Positions 38,083 to 48,189 of a DNA stretch of 64,000 nt are shown one piece after another. The notes beneath the pieces were generated by a model, which worked only from the letters and a program-made list of their open reading frames with translations, was not told the DNA's origin and did not search any database. The DNA comes from Bacteroidota bacterium. GTDB lineage: Bacteria; Bacteroidota; Bacteroidia; Bacteroidales; FEN-979. The stretch is taken from the NCBI GenBank assembly GCA_037128705.1, contig JBAXVX010000007.1, positions 27,617-91,616 of the forward strand, given 5' to 3'. The first letter of the stretch is position 1, and the number at the start of each line of letters is the position of its first letter. The position numbers and the translations under genes are program-made.

Positions 38083-39486
38083 TTATACAGGGAGTGTGAT
38101 TCCGAATTTCTTGATTCTTCTCAGCAACGACTGATCTGTAATCTGAAGTATCCTGGCAGCCCTGGCAATCACATTATCCGATTTTTTCAAAGCGTCGATG
38201 ATAAGGTTGGCCTCCAGCCGGGCCATACTGTTGTTTGTTGTTTCCACGGGTTTTCCGGCCAGGTTATGCCGGTCCATCACATTGGAAATCATTCTGTTGG
38301 TTATCCTGGATTCATCGTTGAGGATGATGATCTGCTCAGCCATGTTTTTTAACTCGCGCACATTGCCAGGGAATGAATAGCCGAGAAGCAGATCAATGGC
38401 CTGCTGCTGGATACTCACCGGGTTTCGCTGATGTTCCATGACTGCCTGATTAATGAAAAGTTCGAACAAGGCTGGAATATCTTCCTTTCGATCGCGTAAA
38501 GGAGGCACATGGATAGAAAAAATATTCAGCCGGTAAAAGAGATCCATCCTGAATTTATTTTCAACACAAAGCCCCTGAAGATCGTTGTTAGAGGCTGCAA
38601 TCACCCTGACATTCAATGGGATAATGCTTGAACTTCCTACCTTGTTCAGATTTTTTTCTTCCAGGACTCTCAGCAGTTTTGGTTGCATCGATAATGGAAG
38701 CTCATTTATTTCATCCAGTAAAAGGGTGCTGTCCTGCGCCGTCTCAAACCATCCTTTATGGTCGCTGATCGCATTGGTGAATGCCCCCTTTACATGCCCG
38801 AAAAACTCACTCTCGAACAGCTGCTCAGGAACGGTCGCACAATTTTTCGCAAAAAAGGGATGTGATTTACGTGGACTCATCCTGTGAATTTGCCGCGCGA
38901 TGATCTCCTTCCCTGTTCCTGTTTCTCCCGTGATCAGGACAGAAGTATCATTGGTCCTGGCTATTTTTTCGATTAAAAGGCGAATGTTTTCAATTGACTT
39001 ACTTATCCCGACCACCTCCGGGAATTGATTGTTTGACACGGTGGAGGATGGTTTACCGGTATGTTTTTTTCCGGTCGCCTTGCCCCTGATGCTGATGAAT
39101 TTGACAGCCCGGTCCACGCTGGCTTTCAGCATATCGAGCGGGAAGGGTTTTTCCAAAAAATCAATGGCGCCCAGCCTGAGGCATTGAATGGCATTCCATT
39201 TTTCACCATACCCGGTAATGATAATGATCTCCGGTTGGTTCCCGGGCAGTTCCTTGACCATTTTGATGAAAGAGATGCCATCGGTTTCAGGAAGGTTCAG
39301 GTCGCAAATCAGGATATCGGGAGCTGAATTTTTAATGGCCGCCATCGCTTCGGCGGGGTGACCAAATGCTGTGACCTGGTGATGAAGATAGGTCGACAAA
39401 AAATGTTTCAGTGCTGCGGAAATAGACTTGTCGTCATCGAGGATTAAAATCGATAAAGTTTCGTGATTCATAGGGACAGACAACAT
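38083..39486 (-). CDS. Sigma-54-dependent response regulator (REC - AAA+ - Fis-type HTH; NtrC family)
   Basis: 467 aa. Receiver domain (ILILDDD..CDLNLPETDG), Walker A GETGTGKE, the ESEFFGH..GAFTNA loop, and a C-terminal HTH. Confidence 0.92.
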   Translation of the reverse strand: MLSVPMNHETLSILILDDDKSISAALKHFLSTYLHHQVTAFGHPAEAMAAIKNSAPDILICDLNLPETDGISFIKMVKELPGNQPEIIIITGYGEKWNAIQCLRLGAIDFLEKPFPLDMLKASVDRAVKFISIRGKATGKKHTGKPSSTVSNNQFPEVVGISKSIENIRLLIEKIARTNDTSVLITGETGTGKEIIARQIHRMSPRKSHPFFAKNCATVPEQLFESEFFGHVKGAFTNAISDHKGWFETAQDSTLLLDEINELPLSMQPKLLRVLEEKNLNKVGSSSIIPLNVRVIAASNNDLQGLCVENKFRMDLFYRLNIFSIHVPPLRDRKEDIPALFELFINQAVMEHQRNPVSIQQQAIDLLLGYSFPGNVRELKNMAEQIIILNDESRITNRMISNVMDRHNLAGKPVETTNNSMARLEANLIIDALKKSDNVIARAARILQITDQSLLRRIKKFGITLPV

Positions 39487-39586
39487 GAAATCATATACGG
39501 AATTAACAGCACGAAATTAACAAATTTATGGCAGTTTACTACAATTGCGAATTTTCAAATCAGGCATTCGAATACTTAAATTATTG

Positions 39587-39594
39587 TATCTTTG
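39587..39594 (+). promoter_or_regulatory. -7 promoter box TATCTTTG
   Basis: Exact TAnnTTTG match, ending 64 nt upstream of the sufB ATG. Confidence 0.5.
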
Positions 39595-39658
39595 CATGTC
39601 GGGTTGTCAGAGCCTTTTTATTTGACAAATTGACGGGATTGAAATTAATATCTGATCT

Positions 39659-41107
39659 ATGGAATCCGAAGCAAATAAGATCCTTGACGAAGTTACCCAG
39701 GGTGATTACAAGTATGGCTTTGTCACGGACATCGATACGGAATTTGCGCCGGTTGGACTTTCTGAAGATACCATTCGCTATATCTCCGCAAAAAAAAACG
39801 AACCGGAATTCCTTCTCGAATTCCGGTTGAAGGCATACCGTCACTGGCTTACCATGTCCATGCCCAAATGGGGTCACCTGAAGGTCGCGCCCATCAATTT
39901 TCAGGATATCATCTTTTATGCCGCGCCAAAGCAAAAGAAAGAACTTGCGAGCCTGGATGAGGTTGATCCGGAGTTGCTGGCAACTTTCACCAAGCTCGGG
40001 ATCTCGCTCGATGAACAGAAAAAGCTGTCGGGGGTGGCTGTTGACGCGGTAATTGACAGTGTATCCGTTAAAACCACCTTCTCCGAAACGTTATCAAAAC
40101 ACGGTATCATTTTCTGCTCCTTCAGCGAGGCAGTGCAGAATCATCCTGACCTGGTGAAACAATACATGGGATCGGTGGTTCCCTACACCGACAACTATTT
40201 TGCAGCACTTAATTCCGCCGTGTTCAGCGATGGCTCCTTTTGTTTTATTCCGAAAGGGGTTCGCTGTCCCATGGAGTTATCGACCTATTTTCGTATCAAT
40301 GCTGCCAATACCGGGCAGTTTGAACGTACCCTTATCGTAGCCGAAGAGGGAGCCTATGTCAGTTATATGGAGGGCTGTACGGCGCCCCGGCGAGATGAAA
40401 ATCAGCTGCATGCAGCCATTGTTGAGATCGTGGCCATGAAGGATGCGGAAGTAAAATATTCAACTGTGCAGAACTGGTATCCCGGTGATAAAAACGGGGT
40501 GGGAGGGATCTACAACTTTGTTACCAAACGCGGCATCTGCAAGGGAAGCAATTCGAAGATCAGCTGGACGCAGGTGGAGACCGGATCGGCCATCACCTGG
40601 AAATATCCCAGTTGTATCCTGATGGGAGATCATTCGGTGGGAGAGTTTTATTCTGTTGCCGTGACAAACAACCATCAGCAGGCCGATACAGGAACTAAAA
40701 TGATACACCTGGGCAAAAATACCCGGAGTACCATCATCTCAAAGGGAATTTCGGCCGGGAAGAGCAACAACTCCTACCGGGGACTGGTCCGCATCTCAAA
40801 GAATGCGGTCAATTCGCGCAATTACAGCCAGTGCGATTCCCTGCTTCTCGGCTCCATGTGCGGGGCCCATACCTGGCCTTACATCCAGGTTGATAATAAA
40901 TCGTCGATCGTGGAGCATGAGGCCACCACGTCAAAAATTTCGGAAGATCAGCTTTTTTATTGCCAGCAGCGGGGTATTTCTGCCGAAAGCGCCATCGGGC
41001 TTATTGTAAACGGATATGCGAAAGAGGTTTTAAAGCAGCTGCCCATGGAGTTTGCCGTAGAGGCCCAGAAACTGCTGTCGATCAGCCTGGAGGGAAGCGT
41101 GGGATGA
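39659..41107 (+). CDS. sufB: Fe-S cluster assembly protein SufB
   Basis: 482 aa. Full-length SufB character, followed by sufC and sufD. Confidence 0.95.
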   Translation: MESEANKILDEVTQGDYKYGFVTDIDTEFAPVGLSEDTIRYISAKKNEPEFLLEFRLKAYRHWLTMSMPKWGHLKVAPINFQDIIFYAAPKQKKELASLDEVDPELLATFTKLGISLDEQKKLSGVAVDAVIDSVSVKTTFSETLSKHGIIFCSFSEAVQNHPDLVKQYMGSVVPYTDNYFAALNSAVFSDGSFCFIPKGVRCPMELSTYFRINAANTGQFERTLIVAEEGAYVSYMEGCTAPRRDENQLHAAIVEIVAMKDAEVKYSTVQNWYPGDKNGVGGIYNFVTKRGICKGSNSKISWTQVETGSAITWKYPSCILMGDHSVGEFYSVAVTNNHQQADTGTKMIHLGKNTRSTIISKGISAGKSNNSYRGLVRISKNAVNSRNYSQCDSLLLGSMCGAHTWPYIQVDNKSSIVEHEATTSKISEDQLFYCQQRGISAESAIGLIVNGYAKEVLKQLPMEFAVEAQKLLSISLEGSVG

Positions 41108-41142
41108 CGAATCGCGTGACACGTGACGCGTGACGCGTGACC
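41108..41142 (+). repeat. Solo CGAATCG unit + heptamer array (GTGACRC)x4 (41116-41142)
   Basis: Read directly. It begins immediately after the sufB TGA (41105-41107). Confidence 0.9.
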
Positions 41143-41196
41143 AATGAAGAGTGTTGTTAAGGAAACAGATAATTTTGAATATTGAGTTAAAAAAGT

Positions 41197-41952
41197 ATGT
41201 TGTTACAAATTAAAAATCTGCATGCCGGCATCAACGGCAAAGAAATTCTCCGGGGTGTCAATCTTGAGGTGAACAAAGGCGAGGTGCATGCCATCATGGG
41301 TCCCAACGGAACCGGAAAGAGTACGCTTGCATCGGTCATTGCCGGCCGGGAGGTGTTCAACATCACCGCCGGTGAAATTCTTTACAAGGGGAAAGATCTG
41401 CAGGCGCTTTCAATCGAGGACCGCGCCCGCGAAGGGATATTCCTGGGATTCCAGTACCCGGTGGAAATCCCGGGTGTGAGCATCACCAACTTCATGCGCA
41501 CTTCCGTGAATGAAATACGGAAATTCAAAGGGCTTGATCCGCTCCCGGGAGGAGAATTTTTGCGGCTGATGGAGGAAAAAAAGCGACTGGTGGAGATCAC
41601 TTCAAACCTGACCAACCGTTCGGTGAACGAAGGATTTTCGGGTGGTGAAAAGAAAAAGAATGAGATATTCCAGATGGCCATGCTGGAGCCCATGCTGGCG
41701 ATCCTGGATGAAACCGATTCGGGGCTCGACATTGATGCTTTGCGTATCGTGGCCAATGGGGTGAATAACCTTCGTCGCGCCGATAATGCGTTCGTGGTGA
41801 TCACCCATTACCAGCGCCTGCTCGAATATATCGTTCCCGATTTTGTTCATGTGCTTTTTGAAGGAAAGATCGTAAAATCGGGCGGCAAAGAGCTGGCGAT
41901 CGAGCTGGAAGAAAAAGGTTACGACTGGATCAAAAAGGAACAGGAGGCGTGA
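41197..41952 (+). CDS. sufC: Fe-S cluster assembly ATPase SufC
   Basis: 251 aa. Walker A GPNGTGKST, ABC signature FSGGEKK, Walker B ILDETDSGLD. Confidence 0.95.
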   Translation: MLLQIKNLHAGINGKEILRGVNLEVNKGEVHAIMGPNGTGKSTLASVIAGREVFNITAGEILYKGKDLQALSIEDRAREGIFLGFQYPVEIPGVSITNFMRTSVNEIRKFKGLDPLPGGEFLRLMEEKKRLVEITSNLTNRSVNEGFSGGEKKKNEIFQMAMLEPMLAILDETDSGLDIDALRIVANGVNNLRRADNAFVVITHYQRLLEYIVPDFVHVLFEGKIVKSGGKELAIELEEKGYDWIKKEQEA

Positions 41953-43367
41953 TGCAGACTGAAAATAAAGAGATCATTTCAAAGGCACGGCTGATCAATC
42001 TTTTCAGGAAGAACAGAACTTTCCTGATAAAGAATGACACCCCTGAGCTTGCAGCAAAACGCGATAAGGCCTTCACCTCTTTCGAAAAACTTGGATTTCC
42101 CGACAACAGCCTGGAAGCCTGGCGTCTTACCGACCTGGACGATAGTTTTGCACGCGGATATGATTATCATTTGCATCCGATAAAGGAGATGGATATCCAG
42201 AAGGTATTCCGCTGCAACATTCCGCACCTCGATACGGCCGTGATCGGTCAGCTGAATGGCTGGTATGTTTCAAAAGACGTGCCCCTGATGGAGCTTGGAA
42301 ATGGCATCATCATGGGCAGCCTGGCCGAAGCCAGGAAAACCTATCCTCATCTGATCGAAAAATATTATGGCACCATGGCCGATGATGAGGCCGAAGGATT
42401 AACCGCGCTGAATACTGCTTTTGCCCAGGACGGGGTGTTTATCTATGTGCCTGATCATATCAAAAGCCCCAAGCCGGTTCAACTGATCAATGTAATCCAT
42501 CATGGGGAGAACCTTTTCCTTCAGCCGCGAAACCTGATCGTAGTGGGCGCCCATGCAAAATTATCTTTGGTTCATTGCGATGATTCCTATAATCACCAGG
42601 CCAGTTTTTCGAACATTGTCACCGAGGTCCACCTGGGAGCACATGGCACGCTTGATCATTACAAACTCCAGAATCTGAACAACGAAAGCACCCTGGTGAG
42701 TTCGGTCTATTTCAGGCTGGAAGAGGCGGCCAGTCTTGAATCGCATTATATTTCACTGAACGGGGGAATGCTGAGGAACAACATCCGCCTGCTGTTCAAT
42801 GGTCCGCATGGAAATGCCAATATTTACGGCATCTATCTCATGGATGGCAGGCAGCACGTTGATAACCAGGTATTTGTTGATCATGCCTTTCCCGATTGCA
42901 CCAGCCATGAAATGTTCAAGGGGATCCTCGATGAACATGCCCATGCCATATTCAACGGCCATGTGCTGGTTCGCCGCGATGCTGTCAAAACGGATGCCCG
43001 CCAGACGAACAAGAATATTTTGCTCACCGATACAGCCAGGGTCAATTCAAAACCCTTCCTGGAGATCTACAATGATGACGTGAAATGTTCACACGGTTCA
43101 ACAACCGGCCAGCTTGATACGGAGTCGATGTTCTACATGCGCCAGCGTGGCATCGGAGAGGATACGGCGCGCATGCTGCTGATGTTTGCCTTTGCCGATG
43201 AAATCGTTTGTAAAATTGCCATTCCCCAACTGCGCCAGCGCATTGAAGACATGGTCAAAAAGCGGCTGCAGGGAGAATTGCAGATCTGCGAACAATGCGT
43301 TCTTCACTGCAGCACGCCGGAGCACCCGGTTGAGTTTCAGATAGACATGAGCAAAATCCTTGCATGA
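41949..43367 (+). CDS. sufD: Fe-S cluster assembly protein SufD
   Basis: ~471 aa with SufB/D-family C-terminal beta-helix character. The likely start is ATG 41952, overlapping the sufC TGA (TGATG). Confidence 0.9.
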   Translation: MMQTENKEIISKARLINLFRKNRTFLIKNDTPELAAKRDKAFTSFEKLGFPDNSLEAWRLTDLDDSFARGYDYHLHPIKEMDIQKVFRCNIPHLDTAVIGQLNGWYVSKDVPLMELGNGIIMGSLAEARKTYPHLIEKYYGTMADDEAEGLTALNTAFAQDGVFIYVPDHIKSPKPVQLINVIHHGENLFLQPRNLIVVGAHAKLSLVHCDDSYNHQASFSNIVTEVHLGAHGTLDHYKLQNLNNESTLVSSVYFRLEEAASLESHYISLNGGMLRNNIRLLFNGPHGNANIYGIYLMDGRQHVDNQVFVDHAFPDCTSHEMFKGILDEHAHAIFNGHVLVRRDAVKTDARQTNKNILLTDTARVNSKPFLEIYNDDVKCSHGSTTGQLDTESMFYMRQRGIGEDTARMLLMFAFADEIVCKIAIPQLRQRIEDMVKKRLQGELQICEQCVLHCSTPEHPVEFQIDMSKILA

Positions 43368-45181
43368 GTACCCCTCTTTCAATCTATCAGCAGCGCATAG
43401 GTGAATTCTCTGCCCGAATTGATCAATTGGAAAAACCACTCCGATGGATACCATGGCTGAGGCTGCTCCTGATTATCATTACAGGTTTTTCCATCTTTTA
43501 TACTGTCAAATTTCCGGGAGCCCTTTTTGTGGTCGTCTCCATTTTGGCATTCACAGGGTTCCTGTTTGCAGGATGGTACGACGCCCGGTTAAAAAGGAAG
43601 ATGCTTCACCTGAATAAACTGATAAGGATCAACTCCCGGGAAACAGAGGTGCTGAATGGTAATTATTCCACACTGGATTCCGGAAATGAATTTGTAAACG
43701 AGGATCATCCCTATACCCATGACCTGGATATTTTTGGCATGGGATCCTTATTCCAGTATATAAACAGGACTTCGACCATTTTTGGGAAGGAGAGGCTTGC
43801 CGATTATTTCAACAGTGCCTTTCAATACAAGGATGTAATCCCGGAGCGCCAGAAGGCGGTTGAAGAACTTGCAGGCAGTATTGAATTCAGGCAGCGACTC
43901 CAGCTGATTTTCCAGGATCAGGAGACCTCCCGCCACGACCTGGCCGCACTTTCCGGATGGCTGAACGGAAATGAGGGAATCCAATGGGCCGGTCCCTTGA
44001 AGTTTTTATCGTTTTTTCTTCCGGCCATTACATTGTGTACAATGATCTTATCAGGCGCCGGAATCCTGCCATACCAGCTGCCTGTTTTCATGGTCATCAT
44101 GCAACTGCTGGTGGTATTTGGTTATGGCCGGAAAACCCTGTCGGTTCATCAACAGGTTACTTCACAGGTCGACATCCTGGGAAAATACGCCCTGGCTCTT
44201 TCATTGATCGAGGAAAACAACTTCAATGCAGCATTCAATAAAAAATTGCACGGCCAGCTGAGGTCCCAATCCCAGGGGATGCCTGCCCGCCTGATCAAAC
44301 GGCTGTCGAAGCTGCTGAATATGATGGATTCAAACCTCAACATCCTGGTTTCGGTGATCATGAACGGACTTTTCATGTTCAACATCCATGTATTGATCGC
44401 AGTGGAGCAGTGGCGGCTGACCTACCGCAGCATGGTTCCAGATTGGTTCAAGGTACTGGCTGAATTTGACGCCCTGTCGAGCCTTGGAACTTTCGCTTTC
44501 AACAACCCGAAGTACATTTACCCCGAACCGGTCACGGACAGTTTTCAGTTCGTTGCCGAAAAAATTGGCCATCCGCTGATCCCGTTTGAAGCTTGTGTTA
44601 CGAATGATATAGAGATTTGTGGCTGGAACCAGTTCCGAATCATTACCGGGGCCAACATGTCGGGAAAGAGCACCTTTTTACGGACCATTGGCACAAACCT
44701 CCTGCTGGCCATGATGGGCGCGCCTGTTTTTGCATCGAGGCTCACCTTTTATCCCATCGAAATCCACAGCAGCATCCGGACCAATGATTCGCTTACAAAG
44801 CGTGAGTCATACTTTTATGCTGAGCTCAGGCGGCTGAAGAAGATCATTTCCGAACTTGAAACCGGCCGTCAGAAGCTGATCCTGCTTGATGAGATCCTGA
44901 AGGGGACCAATTCATCAGACAAGCAAACCGGGTCGATCGCCCTGATCAGGCAACTGATGAAATACAAACTGGCAGGACTGTTTGCAACGCATGACCTGGC
45001 GCTTGGCGAACTGATAAACCATTATCCTGAAAATATCAGGAACCTCTGTTTTGAGATTCACATCACCGGCGAGCGGATGGAGATCGATTACAAGCTTTCG
45101 ACGGGCGTATGCCGCAACCTGAATGCATCCTTCCTGATGAAAAACATGGGGATTATCCTGGATGAACCCCCTCACATTTAA
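43364..45181 (+). CDS. Membrane-anchored MutS-related ATPase (MutS domain V only, no mismatch-binding domain)
   Basis: 605 aa with at least 4-5 predicted TM helices in the N-terminal and middle parts. The C-terminal MutS ATPase has Walker A GANMSGKST and Walker B LILLDEILKGTN. Its ATG overlaps the sufD stop (ATGA). Confidence 0.85.
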   Translation: MSTPLSIYQQRIGEFSARIDQLEKPLRWIPWLRLLLIIITGFSIFYTVKFPGALFVVVSILAFTGFLFAGWYDARLKRKMLHLNKLIRINSRETEVLNGNYSTLDSGNEFVNEDHPYTHDLDIFGMGSLFQYINRTSTIFGKERLADYFNSAFQYKDVIPERQKAVEELAGSIEFRQRLQLIFQDQETSRHDLAALSGWLNGNEGIQWAGPLKFLSFFLPAITLCTMILSGAGILPYQLPVFMVIMQLLVVFGYGRKTLSVHQQVTSQVDILGKYALALSLIEENNFNAAFNKKLHGQLRSQSQGMPARLIKRLSKLLNMMDSNLNILVSVIMNGLFMFNIHVLIAVEQWRLTYRSMVPDWFKVLAEFDALSSLGTFAFNNPKYIYPEPVTDSFQFVAEKIGHPLIPFEACVTNDIEICGWNQFRIITGANMSGKSTFLRTIGTNLLLAMMGAPVFASRLTFYPIEIHSSIRTNDSLTKRESYFYAELRRLKKIISELETGRQKLILLDEILKGTNSSDKQTGSIALIRQLMKYKLAGLFATHDLALGELINHYPENIRNLCFEIHITGERMEIDYKLSTGVCRNLNASFLMKNMGIILDEPPHI

Positions 45182-45187
45182 CTTTAC

Positions 45188-45195
45188 TATTTTTG
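45188..45195 (+). promoter_or_regulatory. -7 promoter box TATTTTTG
   Basis: Exact TAnnTTTG match, ending 17 nt upstream of the sufS ATG and starting 7 nt after the MutS-like stop. Confidence 0.5.
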
Positions 45196-45212
45196 TATTT
45201 TAATCCCGATCC

Positions 45213-46433
45213 ATGATTTTTAATATCGAACAGATAAGAGCTGATTTTCCCATCCTGCACCAGCAGATTTACAAAAGGCCCCTGGTCTATTTGGATAATG
45301 CTGCCTCCACGCAGAAACCGCGACAGGTCATTGATGCCATCCGGCATTACTATGAACATGATAACTGCAACATCCATCGTGGTGTGCATTACCTCAGTGT
45401 GAAGGCCACCGAGGCGTACGAAGAGGCGCGGAAGGAGATCCGCCAGTTTATCAATGCAAGGAACACCCATGAAATAATCTTCACAAAAGGGACAACGGAA
45501 TCCCTGAACCTTGTTGCTTCTACCTTCGGGAAGCGTTACCTGGCGGCGGGGGATGAGGTGATCACCACCATCATGGAACACCACTCCAATTTTGTTCCCT
45601 GGCAGCAAATGTGCCTTGAGCGGGGGGCCAGGCTGCAGGTTGCGGGGATCGATGACAAGGGCGGGCTGGATGTGGCCGGGCTGAAAGGTCTGGTGAACGA
45701 AAAGACCAGGCTGATTGCACTTACGCATGTTTCGAATGTACTCGGAACCATCAACCCGGTTAAGGAGATCATTGAATTTGCTCATCTGCACAACATCCCG
45801 GTTCTGATCGACGGAGCACAGGGGGTGTCGCATATACAGGTTGATGTACAGGATCTTGATTGCGATTTTTACTGTTTTTCCGGTCATAAGATGTACGCCC
45901 CGATGGGAATAGGGGTGATGTACGGGAAGGAAAAATACCTGGAAGAACTGCCGCCTTACCAGTTTGGCGGCGAGATGATCAAAGAGGTGCACCTCGATCA
46001 TACCACCTTTAACGACCTGCCATTCAAGTTCGAAGCCGGAACACCGAATGTGGAAGGGGTATTGGGGCTGCAGGCGGCCGTTTCCTACCTCACATCGCTG
46101 GGAATGGCGGAGATTGCCAGGTACGAGCACGATCTGCTGAAATATGCCACCGGAAAACTGTCCGGAATCGAAGGAATGAAATTCTTTGGTACCTCCCCTC
46201 AAAAAGCCGGTGTCATCTCCTTTCTCATCGGAGATATTCATCCTTACGATGCCGGGATGATCATTGATAAAATGGGGATCGCGGTTCGCACCGGCCACCA
46301 TTGTGCCCAGCCCCTGATGGAATTCCTCGGAATTCCGGGAACTGTAAGGGCATCCTTCTCTTTCTATAACACCTTCGAAGAGGTTGACCGGCTGGCGGAA
46401 GCCATCCTGAAAGTGAAACAGATGTTTGCATGA
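45213..46433 (+). CDS. sufS: Cysteine desulfurase SufS (class V aminotransferase, group II)
   Basis: 406 aa. PLP lysine context FSGHKMYAP and catalytic cysteine loop RTGHHCAQP. Confidence 0.95.
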   Translation: MIFNIEQIRADFPILHQQIYKRPLVYLDNAASTQKPRQVIDAIRHYYEHDNCNIHRGVHYLSVKATEAYEEARKEIRQFINARNTHEIIFTKGTTESLNLVASTFGKRYLAAGDEVITTIMEHHSNFVPWQQMCLERGARLQVAGIDDKGGLDVAGLKGLVNEKTRLIALTHVSNVLGTINPVKEIIEFAHLHNIPVLIDGAQGVSHIQVDVQDLDCDFYCFSGHKMYAPMGIGVMYGKEKYLEELPPYQFGGEMIKEVHLDHTTFNDLPFKFEAGTPNVEGVLGLQAAVSYLTSLGMAEIARYEHDLLKYATGKLSGIEGMKFFGTSPQKAGVISFLIGDIHPYDAGMIIDKMGIAVRTGHHCAQPLMEFLGIPGTVRASFSFYNTFEEVDRLAEAILKVKQMFA

Positions 46434-46460
46434 CGCCGGCCCACCGTGGCATCTGATGGA

Positions 46461-48089
46461 TTACCTCGCACTGTCGGCTGCAGGGATTTCCTTGTTGGCC
46501 AGGGAGTCTGATGCCGGATCAAATTCCTCAATCCCCGAACCGGTCATTTTAAAGAGGAGCTCACCTTCTGAATCGGTCAAATAATACCAGTTCGGCTTTA
46601 AATCCCTGAAACGTTTGTCAAACCGGATAAACTTTCCCTGCGGGATACGGATCAGTATGTTCACCCCCTCACCGCGCCAGCATTCCTCCCTGGGTAACCT
46701 GGCAAAGGGACTTATCCTGAGCGCAGAACCCGAAGCGGCCGACTGGAACCTGATCCCGGCCAGGTGCTGCAAGGCCTCGAGGCGGTTCTTCCCCCGGGCC
46801 AGGGTGACTTGTGATACGGAGAACAGGCTGTCGCTGCTCTCCTCCATCCTGATCTGCGGGATCATATACAATTCTTTATTGTCGGTGATTATTCCTCTCC
46901 AGTTGTCTGCAAACACATATTTTTCATAACCAAGGTAGGCCATCCCGGGGTCATCCTCAAAAAAGTTCACCTGAAGTGTATCCGAAGCTGGCTTTTCGAG
47001 GGCGATCTCGATCTTTTTTTCTTCCTTGAACTGAAAGAGGCGGTACACCTTAAATCCCGACCAGGCAAGAAAGAAAAGCCCAACAACCCAGATGTTGAAC
47101 ATGGTGAGCCCGAGATGCCTGATCCGGTCGAAGCGGAAGATCATACGCAGGCCGTTGTAAAACATCATGAACAGCGGGATTCCTACGACCACCATGAGGA
47201 TCACCTGCAGGTATCCCACCGGTATGTTACAGCCAATCAACAGCCGGGTGAAGTATGGGAAGGTGAGCATCGAAAAGTCATTGTCGGCATACAAACCACC
47301 GGTCCATCCGAAGGCAAATGCCACAAGGGCAATGATCAGCCCCAGTCCAAGCAGCGCGAGCACCAGCCCGGTCAAAATTACAAGGCCTCTTCCAATGTAG
47401 GTTAACACTTCAACAATCCCTTTCCCGGCCACCTCAAAGAACCGGCCCGAGCCGGCTCCGGCGCGCTTGATGGTGGCCATCGATTCAACGGCCATCGAAC
47501 CCAGTTTACCCTGGAGCTCGGTGATCTCTTCGCGGACCGACTTTTCGATGTTGGAAATGTTGATTTTCGCACCCCGCATTTCCAGCTTATCCGAAGTGGT
47601 TTTTGCCTCAGGAATCACGATCCACAGAACGAGATAAACAAGAAGCCCAAAGCCCCCTGCGGCCAGGCTGACCAGGAAAATCAACCGGATCCAGACAGGA
47701 TCCATATGAAGCCAGGCGGCAATGCCGGAACAGACTCCTGCGATCATCTTTTCATCCGGATTTCTGAAAAACCGTTTGTCACCCCTGTCATTACCGGATG
47801 AATCTGCGTTTGTTTCCCGGCCCTCTTCCCGGTCAATTTCAACAGGTTGCCCCATGACAACGATCACCTCGTTCACATCCACGATGGTAATCACCTGCTT
47901 TGTTCCTGAACATTTTTCACTGAACAATTCCGCGATCCGTGATTCAATATCGTTCAGGATATCCTGTGATCCCTCCAGCCGGCTGAAATGTTTGTTCAAC
48001 CTGTTCAGGTACTGACTCAGCAACAGATAGGCATCTTCATCGATATGGAAGACAATGCCTCCCAGGTTTATTGTTAAGGTCTTTTTCAT
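46461..48089 (-). CDS. PspC-domain membrane protein (envelope-stress type)
   Basis: 542 aa. PspC domain (KMIAGVCSGIAAWLHMDPVWIRLIF), several TM helices and a C-terminal extracytoplasmic domain. Confidence 0.85.
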   Translation of the reverse strand: MKKTLTINLGGIVFHIDEDAYLLLSQYLNRLNKHFSRLEGSQDILNDIESRIAELFSEKCSGTKQVITIVDVNEVIVVMGQPVEIDREEGRETNADSSGNDRGDKRFFRNPDEKMIAGVCSGIAAWLHMDPVWIRLIFLVSLAAGGFGLLVYLVLWIVIPEAKTTSDKLEMRGAKINISNIEKSVREEITELQGKLGSMAVESMATIKRAGAGSGRFFEVAGKGIVEVLTYIGRGLVILTGLVLALLGLGLIIALVAFAFGWTGGLYADNDFSMLTFPYFTRLLIGCNIPVGYLQVILMVVVGIPLFMMFYNGLRMIFRFDRIRHLGLTMFNIWVVGLFFLAWSGFKVYRLFQFKEEKKIEIALEKPASDTLQVNFFEDDPGMAYLGYEKYVFADNWRGIITDNKELYMIPQIRMEESSDSLFSVSQVTLARGKNRLEALQHLAGIRFQSAASGSALRISPFARLPREECWRGEGVNILIRIPQGKFIRFDKRFRDLKPNWYYLTDSEGELLFKMTGSGIEEFDPASDSLANKEIPAADSAR

Positions 48090-48189
48090 AATCTTTTTAC
48101 TTTACTTTTGGTGGCCGCCTGCATGATCTGCAGTTCCATAATCCCTTGAGGCCGTTGTTTTCTAAATAGTTTTTTTGGTTTTCAGTCCT

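Noticed and set aside
39529-39549. TGGCAG...TTGCG in the EBP/sufB divergent region, considered as a sigma-54 promoter
   Set aside because: The GG-to-GC spacing is 5 nt too long, which is incompatible with sigma-54 -24/-12 geometry.
45153-46301. 382-aa ORF on the minus strand, nearly as long as sufS
   Set aside because: It lies entirely antisense to sufS, whose PLP-lysine and catalytic-Cys motifs are intact. The antisense translation has no recognisable motifs and a skewed composition. It is a typical shadow ORF of a high-information gene.
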